Shown: in pieces, positions 14,732 to 23,427 of the stretch | Numbering within the stretch: the stretch's first letter is position 1 | How the letters are laid out: each line of letters begins with the position of its first letter | NCBI RefSeq assembly: GCF_030381805.1 | Contig: NZ_JAUDRH010000016.1 | Location: 69,711 to 133,710, forward strand | DNA from: Chlorogloeopsis sp. ULAP01 | Lineage (GTDB): Bacteria; Cyanobacteriota; Cyanobacteriia; Cyanobacteriales; Nostocaceae | Reading direction: 5' to 3' | Length of the DNA: 64,000 nucleotides | Position numbers and translations under genes: made by a program | The notes under the pieces: model-generated | Seen by the model: the letters and a program-made list of their open reading frames with translations, nothing else | Told to the model about the DNA's origin: nothing | Databases searched by the model: none

Positions 14732-16252
14732 ATGGCAATTAGCATCAGACCTGACGAAATCAGCAGCATTATCCAGCAACAAATCGAGCAATACGACCAA
14801 CAAGTCAAAGTAGCTAACGTTGGTACGGTTTTGCAAGTAGGTGATGGTATCGCCCGTGTTTATGGCTTAGAAAAAGCGATGGCGGGTGAGCTATTAGAAT
14901 TTGAAGATGGCACCATTGGTCTTGCCCTCAACCTAGAAGAAGACAACGTCGGTGCGGTGTTGATGGGTGAAGGCCATGAAATTCAAGAAGGTAGCACCGT
15001 CACCGCTACTGGCAAAATTGCTCAGGTGCCGGTAGGAGAAGCCCTTATTGGACGCGTTGTTGATGCTTTGGGTCGTCCCATTGATGGCAAGGGAGACCTT
15101 AAGACCAATGAAAGCCGTTTGATAGAATCTCCAGCACCTGGTATTGTAGCGCGTCGCTCCGTACACGAACCCATGCAAACCGGAATCACCGCTATTGACG
15201 CGATGATTCCCATCGGCCGCGGTCAACGAGAGTTGATTATTGGTGACCGTCAAACTGGTAAGACAGCGATCGCAATTGACACCATCCTCAACCAAAAAGA
15301 AGAAGATGTAATTTGTGTCTACGTAGCGATCGGTCAAAAAGCTTCCACCGTGGCAAACGTCGTGCAAACACTGCAAGACAGAGGCGCTATGGACTACACC
15401 ATCGTCGTTGCTGCCAACGCCAGTGACCCTGCCACCCTGCAATACCTAGCTCCTTATACAGGTGCGACACTCGCTGAGTACTTCATGTACAAAGGCAAAG
15501 CTACCCTAATTATTTACGATGACCTTTCCAAGCAAGCCGCAGCCTATCGACAAATGTCCTTGCTGCTGCGTCGTCCTCCCGGACGGGAAGCTTATCCTGG
15601 AGACGTCTTCTACATCCACTCTCGCTTGTTAGAGCGAGCAGCTAAACTGAGTGACGAATTAGGTAAAGGTAGCATGACTGCCCTGCCAATCATCGAAACT
15701 CAAGCAGGTGACGTATCCGCTTACATTCCCACCAACGTAATTTCGATTACCGACGGTCAGATCTTCCTTTCTGCTGACTTATTTAACGCTGGTATTCGTC
15801 CTGCAATTAACCCCGGTATTTCCGTATCGCGGGTAGGTTCTGCCGCTCAAACCAAGGCAATGAAAAAAGTTGCCGGTAAGTTGAAGTTGGAGTTGGCGCA
15901 GTTTGATGAACTGCAAGCCTTCGCGCAATTTGCTTCTGACTTAGATAAAACCACCCAAGATCAGTTAGCACGGGGTCAGCGCTTGCGGGAACTCTTAAAG
16001 CAACCGCAAAACTCACCTCTAGCAGTGTATGAGCAAGTGGCAATTCTTTATGCCGGTATTAACGGTTATTTGGACGACATTCCCGCCGATAAAATTACTG
16101 TTTTCTCTAAGGGTTTCCGCGAGTACTTAAAGACTAGCAAACCTCAGTATGTTAAAGGTGTACAATCACAGAAAGTACTGGGTGATAGCGAAGAAGCTGC
16201 CCTGAAAGAAGCAATTAATGAATACAAGAAGACCTTCTTGGCAACGGCGTAA
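14732..16252 (+). CDS. atpA: F0F1 ATP synthase subunit alpha
   Basis: 506 aa. Walker A GDRQTGKT. Highly conserved alpha-subunit sequence. Confidence 0.97.
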   Translation: MAISIRPDEISSIIQQQIEQYDQQVKVANVGTVLQVGDGIARVYGLEKAMAGELLEFEDGTIGLALNLEEDNVGAVLMGEGHEIQEGSTVTATGKIAQVPVGEALIGRVVDALGRPIDGKGDLKTNESRLIESPAPGIVARRSVHEPMQTGITAIDAMIPIGRGQRELIIGDRQTGKTAIAIDTILNQKEEDVICVYVAIGQKASTVANVVQTLQDRGAMDYTIVVAANASDPATLQYLAPYTGATLAEYFMYKGKATLIIYDDLSKQAAAYRQMSLLLRRPPGREAYPGDVFYIHSRLLERAAKLSDELGKGSMTALPIIETQAGDVSAYIPTNVISITDGQIFLSADLFNAGIRPAINPGISVSRVGSAAQTKAMKKVAGKLKLELAQFDELQAFAQFASDLDKTTQDQLARGQRLRELLKQPQNSPLAVYEQVAILYAGINGYLDDIPADKITVFSKGFREYLKTSKPQYVKGVQSQKVLGDSEEAALKEAINEYKKTFLATA

Positions 16253-16254
16253 TT

Positions 16255-16395
16255 AAGGGATAGGGGTTAGGGACTAGGGGCTAGGGTTGTAGATTAAATC
16301 CCCTAAATTCTGGTAATACTCATCTTTCCAATCCCTAACCTCTCATTCTTAATCTCTCTAGTCCCTAGCCTCTAATCCCTAGTCTCTAATCAAAG
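16255..16395. repeat. inverted pair of STRR-like repeat arms (GGGA/TAGGG-rich arm vs CCCTA/TCCC-rich arm)
   Basis: gggataggggttagggactaggggctaggg ... ccctaacctc...tagtccctagcctctaatccctagtc. The two arms are approximate reverse complements within the atpA-atpC spacer. Confidence 0.6.
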
Positions 16396-16398
16396 ATT

Positions 16399-17346
16399 AT
16401 GGCTAACCTCAAAGCAATACGCGATCGCATTCAATCGGTTAAAAATACCAAAAAAATTACAGAAGCTATGCGGCTGGTGGCGGCAGCGAGGGTACGTCGC
16501 GCCCAAGAGCAGGTATTATCCACTCGCCCCTTTGCCGATCGCCTAGCTCAAGTACTCTACGGTTTGCAAGCCCGTTTGCGGTTTGAAGAAGCAAACCTAC
16601 CCTTGCTCAGAAAGCGGGAAATTAAGTCAGTAGGGCTGTTGGTAATTTCAGGCGATCGGGGTTTGTGCGGTGGTTATAACACCAACGTCATCAAGCGTGC
16701 CGAAAATCGTGCCAAGGAACTCAAAGCAGAAGGTGTAGATTACAAATTTGTGATCGTGGGGCGCAAAGCCGCACAGTACTTTCAACGTCGCGATCAACCA
16801 ATTGATGCTGTATACACCGGCTTAGAACAAATTCCTACCGCAGCCGAAGCTTCCAACATTGCTAACGAACTGCTTTCTTTGTTTCTTTCAGAAAGCGTAG
16901 ACAGAATCGAGTTAATTTACACCCGGTTCGTATCCCTAGTTAGCTCTCGTCCGGTAGTACAAACTCTGCTTCCCCTTGACACTCAAGGTTTAGAAACCGC
17001 AGACGACGAAATCTTCCGTCTGACAACTCGTGGCGGTCAGTTTGAAGTAGAAAGACAGAAAGTGACTGCTCAAGTTCGGTCTCTTCCCAATGACATGATC
17101 TTCGAGCAAGATCCGGTGCAAATTCTGGATTCTTTGCTACCTCTTTACTTAACTAACCAGTTATTGCGAGCACTGCAAGAATCAGCAGCCAGTGAACTGG
17201 CAGCGCGGATGACAGCCATGAGTAATGCCAGCGATAACGCGGCTGAGTTAATTAACACCCTTACCCTGTCTTACAACAAAGCCCGGCAAGCTTCAATTAC
17301 CCAAGAAATTCTTGAGGTTGTTGGTGGCGCCCAAGCGTTAAGTTAG
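16399..17346 (+). CDS. atpC: F0F1 ATP synthase subunit gamma
   Basis: 315 aa, [30 protein letters not shown]... The regulatory Cys pair segment is present (LCGGYN). Confidence 0.95.
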   Translation: MANLKAIRDRIQSVKNTKKITEAMRLVAAARVRRAQEQVLSTRPFADRLAQVLYGLQARLRFEEANLPLLRKREIKSVGLLVISGDRGLCGGYNTNVIKRAENRAKELKAEGVDYKFVIVGRKAAQYFQRRDQPIDAVYTGLEQIPTAAEASNIANELLSLFLSESVDRIELIYTRFVSLVSSRPVVQTLLPLDTQGLETADDEIFRLTTRGGQFEVERQKVTAQVRSLPNDMIFEQDPVQILDSLLPLYLTNQLLRALQESAASELAARMTAMSNASDNAAELINTLTLSYNKARQASITQEILEVVGGAQALS

Positions 17347-17556
17347 GACAACGGAGGAACACGGAGAAAGAGGATGGGGGGAGGGGGAGACAAAAAGACA
17401 AGGGGCAAGAACGTGCCGATCAATTCTCCGTGTCCCTGCATCCTCTCCTAATACCCGATACCCAATCCCCAATCCCCTCTCAAAAATCGAGAATTTTTCT
17501 CAATATAGTGTCTAAGTTTAAAACTGCACACTATAATAAGAATATAAGAACCTCAT

Positions 17557-17945
17557 GGGTCCGCACCGGTTTCGACAGGCTGGCGAAAGCTACTCTGTGA
17601 TCCAGGTCGAGAGTGAGTCATCTCTCGTAAATCCAAGGCTCAAAAAAAAAGTAAATGCGAACAACATCGTAAAATTTGCTCGTAAGGAAGCTGCTGTAGC
17701 AGTTGCCTAAACACCTCTAACGGTTCGAGCGCTTCTAGTCTGACTCCGTTAAGGGCTAGGGGCAAACCCCAACGGATGCGTTAGCAAGTCTCCTCTGGTA
17801 GGCTTGTTGACAAAGACCTCACCAGAGAATCCTACCGTTCGGGATAATGAACGTTTCCCGCCTTGAGGGTAAGAAAGGCTAAACCTGTGAATGAGCGGGG
17901 GGTCAATACCCAGTTTGGACAGCAGTTCGACTCTGCTCGGATCCA
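17557..17945 (+). ncRNA. ssrA: tmRNA (SsrA), one-piece
   Basis: 5' GGGUCCG pairs with 3' CGGAUCC as the acceptor stem. T-arm GGTTCGACTCTGCTC. Internal tag ORF 17657-17710 encodes ANNIVKFARKEAAVAVA* (cyanobacterial tag type). TATAAT -10 box at 17533-17538. Confidence 0.85.
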
Positions 17946-17960
17946 CTTCAAAATAATTAA

Positions 17961-18000
17961 GTCCACCTGACACTAATATGTGTAGGTGGATTTTGTTTTT
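17961..18000 (+). terminator. rho-independent terminator after ssrA
   Basis: tccacct-loop-aggtgga stem followed by ttttgtttttt. Confidence 0.6.
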
Positions 18001-18120
18001 TATTGATAATTTCGAGAATTGAAGTATTCAGAGAATTGAAGTGCGACAAAAAATTTCAGTAGTTTTGGAAACTCAAATTAAACTTTATACCCATAGGCTA
18101 GAAGCCTTGTCGTTGCCTAC

Positions 18121-18300
18121 ATTTTTTAAATCTCTCGCTTCGTTGCTATCCCGCCAGAGAATCAATTCTCTGGCTAATAGCTAAAGTCTACTAGAAGTAG
18201 ACTCAACAAAAATTTCAGTCCACTTGAGTGAACTTAGGCTATTAGCCTAGAACTTCAGTTCTGGGCGGGATAACACGAGAGCGGGATACAAACCAAGCCC
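18121..18300. repeat. hairpin-dense MITE-like palindromic element
   Basis: Outer imperfect inverted repeat (tctcgcttcgttgctatcccgccagagaa / ttctgggcgggataacacgagagcgggata). Inner IR ggctaatagctaa / ttaggctattagcc. Internal hairpins agtctact-aga-agtagact and cacttgagtg. A related partial copy sits at 63890-64000. Confidence 0.4.
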
Positions 18301-18436
18301 ACCTGCACGGGCTATTCAAAAGGGGGTTTATACTCGGATTTCATATTCAATAAAATCAATGCAATCTCAAAATTTTTCGACCCACAACTTATTGTTTGTG
18401 AGTCTAAGTGTTGTTATTTACAAATTTCTATGCTTG

Positions 18437-19615
18437 CTATGTATGATTCTTCCAAGGGATTGCAGTGAAAAAATTTGCCAGTTCCCTAAGTACGGATAAA
18501 ATGTACTCAACATATTCTCTAGAAGCTTTATCATCATTTGAGCATAGCTCGCGAAGGTGTTGAATGTAGTCTTGAAAGCTTTTTTCTACAGCATCTGCTC
18601 CCTTATCAAAGGCTTTACCAGTGTCCTGCCAGTACTCATCAACTCCTTGAAGAAACTTGTTGAGTACTTGTTGTTCTTCAAAATGACTAACAATTTTCCT
18701 GGCTAGACGACGCTGCCATGATTCTCCAAAAAGTGACAATCCAATCATTGTAGCAGCTGCAATTAATCCTATTCCCAAAGTTATGGGGCCTCCAATGCCA
18801 GCAACAAAAGATACGACAGTTGCTACGCCTCCGCTAATACTAATTCCTAAAGCAGAAAGAAGACTAACAAATTTGGCAACCAAGATATAAGCACCAAGAT
18901 TTCCTAATGAAGTTGCCCACAAAGCAAGCGCACCAACTCCACCAGCACCTGCTAAACCACCAAGAAATGCTCCCTTTGAGTCAAAAGGAATAGAGACAGA
19001 ACCAACGTTGAGTTTAGGTAATTTGAGAAACACCTTTTCATAAGTTTCCAGGAATTTATCGATTTCTGCCTTCAAATCTTCAGAATTTTGTTTAATAGTA
19101 TTTTTTAGCTCACCTTGAAGTTGTTCTACTAAGTAACCTGCTGCATATTCCTTTGCATCTCTCTTATTGTTGTAGCGATTCCGTATCATAGTCTCAACAG
19201 CAGCAAGATGAACCATATTGTTGTAAGTTTGCCGAAACGAGTCTTTAGTCTGACTATGCAAATTAGAAATTTTTTGATGGACTCTATCTCTTCCCTGTTT
19301 TACCTGAAATACACGCTTTGATTCTTCTTGTTCTAATTGCTGAAGTTCTTTTTGTCGCTGCTCAATTTCTGATTTTGTTTGTTCGTAGGCTTTAATTTTT
19401 TCTGCTATCTGCTGAGGAATTTCATGCTTTAAATTACAAATGTCTTTATCACTTTGAGATAGACGTGTCTTTGGAAGATTTTCTCCCAAAACAGCTAGAA
19501 GTTCATCCTTCAACCTTTTCCAACGTAATGGTGTTTCTTCCCAAAAAGTAAAGAAACGTTGTTGTAAGTCTTGTTGAGTAATTAGACTATTAATTTTCTC
19601 ACTGCGCTCTTTCAA
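18437..19615 (-). CDS. hypothetical coiled-coil protein with glycine-zipper membrane segment
   Basis: 392 aa. About 200 aa of charged coiled coil. Then GAFLGGLAGAGGVGALALWATSLGNLGAYILVAKFVSLLSALGISISGGVATVVSFVAGIGGPITLGIGLIAAATMIGLSLFG (GxxxG-rich TM hairpins). Then a soluble C-terminal domain. AT-rich codon usage. Confidence 0.6.
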   Translation of the reverse strand: MKERSEKINSLITQQDLQQRFFTFWEETPLRWKRLKDELLAVLGENLPKTRLSQSDKDICNLKHEIPQQIAEKIKAYEQTKSEIEQRQKELQQLEQEESKRVFQVKQGRDRVHQKISNLHSQTKDSFRQTYNNMVHLAAVETMIRNRYNNKRDAKEYAAGYLVEQLQGELKNTIKQNSEDLKAEIDKFLETYEKVFLKLPKLNVGSVSIPFDSKGAFLGGLAGAGGVGALALWATSLGNLGAYILVAKFVSLLSALGISISGGVATVVSFVAGIGGPITLGIGLIAAATMIGLSLFGESWQRRLARKIVSHFEEQQVLNKFLQGVDEYWQDTGKAFDKGADAVEKSFQDYIQHLRELCSNDDKASREYVEYILSVLRELANFFTAIPWKNHT

Positions 19616-20129
19616 AACTCTGGAACTTATATGTTCATATAATCTTACTGCTCCAATCTTTAAAATCGATTTAAGCTGTGAATCTATAATATGAGGAGCA
19701 GCATGGGTGGCTACGACAAAAAGGTTGCCAAGCTTAGGAAACTCACAGTATATTTTGATTATGCAGGTAGTGCATAATATCCATATTTAAAAACGATAAA
19801 AATATATTCATTTCATGCATAAATTGCACAAAGGTTTCTTCATAAAATCTTAATTTTTTTAGATAAAACTTTATAGACAATAAAGCTAATTTCTTCTAAT
19901 AAAAATTTCACCTTACCGGATTTATCTGGTTTTATTCATTACACCAGTACTACAGGGACATAAATCTTCAAAATGAGAGAGCCGATTTAGCCAAAATCGC
20001 TAGTGAAATATTGCGTCAATCAATTGAAGTAAGATTTATAAATAGTAGGACGAGTTGCACTCTTTCAACTCAATCTACACTGAATTATAAGTTTTTCCCC
20101 GAACAAAAAAAGATACTAGTAAGCATCAA

Positions 20130-21263
20130 ATGAAGGCAACACAACTGTCTTTGTTTCCTGAATGGGACAAACAGAATCATTCTCAAAAACAAAAGCAAGC
20201 AAAATTAGGACGCTATGAACGCATCCAACGACAGTTAGAGATAAATGACAAAGATCCACACAAAATATTTATTGAAGTAGAATTACAGTCCAAACCAATA
20301 ATTGATTATACTTTTGTTGATTTATTTTGCGGTGCGGGTGGGGTTACTCAAGGTTTTAGGCAGGTCGGCTTTAAGCCTTTAGCAAGTGTTGAAGTTCATC
20401 CGATCGCCTCAGCAACTTATAAAAGAAATTTTCCTCAGTGTCATCATTTTTGTGGAAAAATCGAAGAATTTAATTCTATAAAATGGCTCAGTCAAATCGG
20501 TTCACCTGAAGTTCATCTAGTTGTGGGTGGGCCTCCTTGTCAGGGATTTTCAGTAGCAGGAAAACGCGATCCTAACGACCCTAGAAATCGCTTATTTTAT
20601 GAGTTTGTGAGAGTAGTTTCAGAAATACGTCCCTGGTATATTGTGATGGAAAATGTGCCAGGAATTCTCACAATCAAAAAAGGAGCAGTTAAACAAGCTA
20701 TTTGTGAAGAATTTGCAGATATCGGTTATCCTCATATGTCGATCGCGATTCTTGAATCTGCTGCTTATGGGGTGCCACAAATTCGCCCACGAGCTATTTT
20801 TATTGCTAATAGATTTGGGATGTTGAATCCTTATCCCCAACCTCAATTATTACCTGAGCAATATAAACCTATTGAGTCAGGAATTTCAGATCTTCCTGCT
20901 TGGACTCCAATACCAGAAATTAACCATGAATGGACTAGTCATTCACCTAAATTTATGGAAAGAATTGCTCAAGTTCCACCGGGTGGTTCATTATACAAAA
21001 CTTATATAGATGCTTTTAAACGCCAGTATCCTAATAAACCTAGCATGACTGTAAAGGAGAATCACGGTGGCACTCATATTCATCCCTATCTTAACCGTGT
21101 AATTTCAGCACGAGAAATGGCACGATTACAGTCATTTCCAGATTCATTTATTTTTGAAGGCTCTATGAAAAAAGCTATGTGGCAAATCGGTAATGCTGTA
21201 CCACCTCGTTTAGCAGAATGCATAGGTTATGCTCTGATTCCGTATTTAAATCAGATTGCATAA
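20130..21263 (+). CDS. DNA (cytosine-5)-methyltransferase, apparently solitary
   Basis: 377 aa. Motif I FVDLFCGAGGVTQGF, motif IV GGPPCQGFS (catalytic Cys), motif VI ENVPG, motif X QIGNAVPP. No adjacent restriction endonuclease recognised. Confidence 0.85.
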   Translation: MKATQLSLFPEWDKQNHSQKQKQAKLGRYERIQRQLEINDKDPHKIFIEVELQSKPIIDYTFVDLFCGAGGVTQGFRQVGFKPLASVEVHPIASATYKRNFPQCHHFCGKIEEFNSIKWLSQIGSPEVHLVVGGPPCQGFSVAGKRDPNDPRNRLFYEFVRVVSEIRPWYIVMENVPGILTIKKGAVKQAICEEFADIGYPHMSIAILESAAYGVPQIRPRAIFIANRFGMLNPYPQPQLLPEQYKPIESGISDLPAWTPIPEINHEWTSHSPKFMERIAQVPPGGSLYKTYIDAFKRQYPNKPSMTVKENHGGTHIHPYLNRVISAREMARLQSFPDSFIFEGSMKKAMWQIGNAVPPRLAECIGYALIPYLNQIA

Positions 21264-21566
21264 AAATTATATACAACGGTTGCAAAATTTATGCTTTTCG
21301 TTACAAAATCATTAGCAGCAATAACATTGCTATGACTTTTTTGTTGTAATTTTTTATAGAATTAGCTGCCAATTTTTGCTATAATTTTCAACTCTAAAAA
21401 CGAGCATTAACTACAGATTTTCAGTAACAGTGTATGCCAAAAAATAGACATTTTGGCTACATATTGACTTTTCAAAAAAATAGAGTTTTGAACAACTTTA
21501 CAAAAATAATTATGAGCAAAATAAGAAGTGAAAAGCAGACTGATGATTTGTGCTCGGAGACTCCTA

Positions 21567-23285
21567 ATGGCAGCGCTCACAGAGAACGTCCAAAAACGAC
21601 TTACTATACAAACTGTTGAAATTGCTCCCAACACGACGGCAATCCGTTCTCTTGATTGGGATCGCGATCGCTTCGATATAGAATTCGGGCTACAAAATGG
21701 TACAACCTACAATTCATATTTAATTAAAGGCGATCGCATTGCCTTGGTCGATACTTCTCATACGAAGTTTCGCGACTTGTATTTAGAAACTTTGAAAAAA
21801 CTGGTCAATCCAAAAGCGATTGATTACATTATTGTCAGCCACACAGAGCCAGATCATAGCGGCTTGGTGGAAGACGTTCTCCAATTAGCACCCAGAGCTA
21901 CTGTTTTAGCGTCAAAAGTTGCACTCCAGTTTCTGGAAAATTTGGTACACGATCCGTTCTCGAAGCGGATTGTCAAAAGTGGCGATCGCGTCGATTTAGG
22001 ACAAGGACACGAAATCGAATTCGTTAGCGCCCCAAATTTACACTGGCCGGATACTATCTTCAGTTTCGACCATCAATCCCAAACTCTCTTCACCTGTGAT
22101 GCCTTTGGGATGCACTATTGCAGCGATGACACCTTCGATGTCAACCTAGAGGCAATCGAACCTGACTTTAGATTTTACTACGATTGCTTAATGGGGCCGA
22201 ATGCTCGTTCGTTGCTAAATGCAATGAAGAAAATGGGCGAACTCGGAAACATTAAAATCATTGCTAACGGACACGGCCCTTTACTTTACCATCATCTTGA
22301 TGTTCTGAAAGAGTGTTACCAGAGTTGGAGCCAAAAGCAAGCAAAATCAGAAACGATTGTTGGCTTGTTTTATGTCTCTGACTATGGATGTAGCGATCGC
22401 CTCGCCCAAGCCATTTCCCAAGGTATCCAGAAAACTGGTATCGGTGTGGAAATGATGGATTTGACTAATGGGGAGATTCAAGAAATCCAAGAACTAGCGA
22501 GTAGATCATCTGGCATTGTGATCGGTATGCCTCCAACGGCAAATGTTGCGGCTCAAGCTGCAATCAGTGCGCTATTGGGCGTTACCAAAGAAAAGCAAGT
22601 GATTGGATTTTTTGAATGTTATGGCGGCGATGATGAACCAATCGATCCGCTACGCAGAAGATTTGTTGACTTCGGTGTCAAAGAAGCCTTCCCTGCAATT
22701 CGCATCAAAGAAACACCCACCCCAGCCACATACCAATTGTGTGAAGAAGCGGGTACTGATTTGGGACAATTGCTAGTCCGCGAGCGCAACATTAAGCAAA
22801 TTAAATCCATCGACGTTAATTTGGAAAAAGCCTTAGGCAGGATTAGCAGTGGACTTTACATTATTACCGCCAAAAAGAATGAAGTCAAAGGAGCGATGCT
22901 TGCTTCATGGGTAGCACAAGCCAGCATCCAACCTTTAGGATTTACAATCGCCGTTGCCAAAGATCGTGCGATTGACTCATTGTTACAAGTCGGCGATAAG
23001 TTTGTCCTTAATGTTTTAGAAGAAGGAAATTACCACGAGCTGAAGAAACATTTCCTCAAGCGTTTACTTCCTGGAAGCGATCGCTTTGCCGGAGTGAAAA
23101 CTCAAACAGCTAAAAACGGTGCTCCAATTCTCACAGACGCTCTTGCTTATATGGAATGCGAAGTCAAGAGCAGCATGGAATGTAGTGACCACTGGATTTT
23201 ATACTGCAACGTCACTGATGGTCGAGTTGCCAAAGCCGACGGCTTGACAGCTGTTCGCCATCGCAAGGTAGGTAACTACTACTAA
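21567..23285 (+). CDS. flv3: flavodiiron protein, canonical diiron-site type (Flv3-like)
   Basis: Metallo-beta-lactamase-like domain with canonical H-x-E-x-D-H (SHTEPDHSG), flavodoxin-like domain, and C-terminal flavin-reductase domain (...TAVRHRKVGNYY). Start trimmed to MAALTENVQ. Subtype assignment is from memory of the Flv1/Flv3 ligand pattern. Confidence 0.8.
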   Translation: MAALTENVQKRLTIQTVEIAPNTTAIRSLDWDRDRFDIEFGLQNGTTYNSYLIKGDRIALVDTSHTKFRDLYLETLKKLVNPKAIDYIIVSHTEPDHSGLVEDVLQLAPRATVLASKVALQFLENLVHDPFSKRIVKSGDRVDLGQGHEIEFVSAPNLHWPDTIFSFDHQSQTLFTCDAFGMHYCSDDTFDVNLEAIEPDFRFYYDCLMGPNARSLLNAMKKMGELGNIKIIANGHGPLLYHHLDVLKECYQSWSQKQAKSETIVGLFYVSDYGCSDRLAQAISQGIQKTGIGVEMMDLTNGEIQEIQELASRSSGIVIGMPPTANVAAQAAISALLGVTKEKQVIGFFECYGGDDEPIDPLRRRFVDFGVKEAFPAIRIKETPTPATYQLCEEAGTDLGQLLVRERNIKQIKSIDVNLEKALGRISSGLYIITAKKNEVKGAMLASWVAQASIQPLGFTIAVAKDRAIDSLLQVGDKFVLNVLEEGNYHELKKHFLKRLLPGSDRFAGVKTQTAKNGAPILTDALAYMECEVKSSMECSDHWILYCNVTDGRVAKADGLTAVRHRKVGNYY

Positions 23286-23427
23286 AGCTAATTCCAGTCA
23301 TTCGTGTTGGTTGACGCGGGGACACGGGGACACGGGGAATATTTTTGATAATTTCTCCGCGTCACCGCGTCTTACCCTCCCCGCGTCTTTCTTTATAACT
23401 ATTTCGCCCTCTCCTCACACAAAGCCT

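Noticed and set aside
17749-17973. 74-aa minus-strand ORF
   Set aside because: Lies entirely antisense within the tmRNA gene, and its sequence is explained by tmRNA structure.
18437-19615. Candidate restriction endonuclease partner for the adjacent Dcm
   Set aside because: Coiled-coil plus glycine-zipper membrane architecture, with no PD-(D/E)xK or HNH motif seen. Treated as an unrelated unknown protein.
23311-23427. N-terminal 39-aa extension of the second flv ORF (MTRGHGDTGNIF...)
   Set aside because: It is translated from a GGGGACA/CGCGTC repeat tract. Conserved Flv N-terminus begins at MNNPNPRDVQVL, so start moved to 23428.
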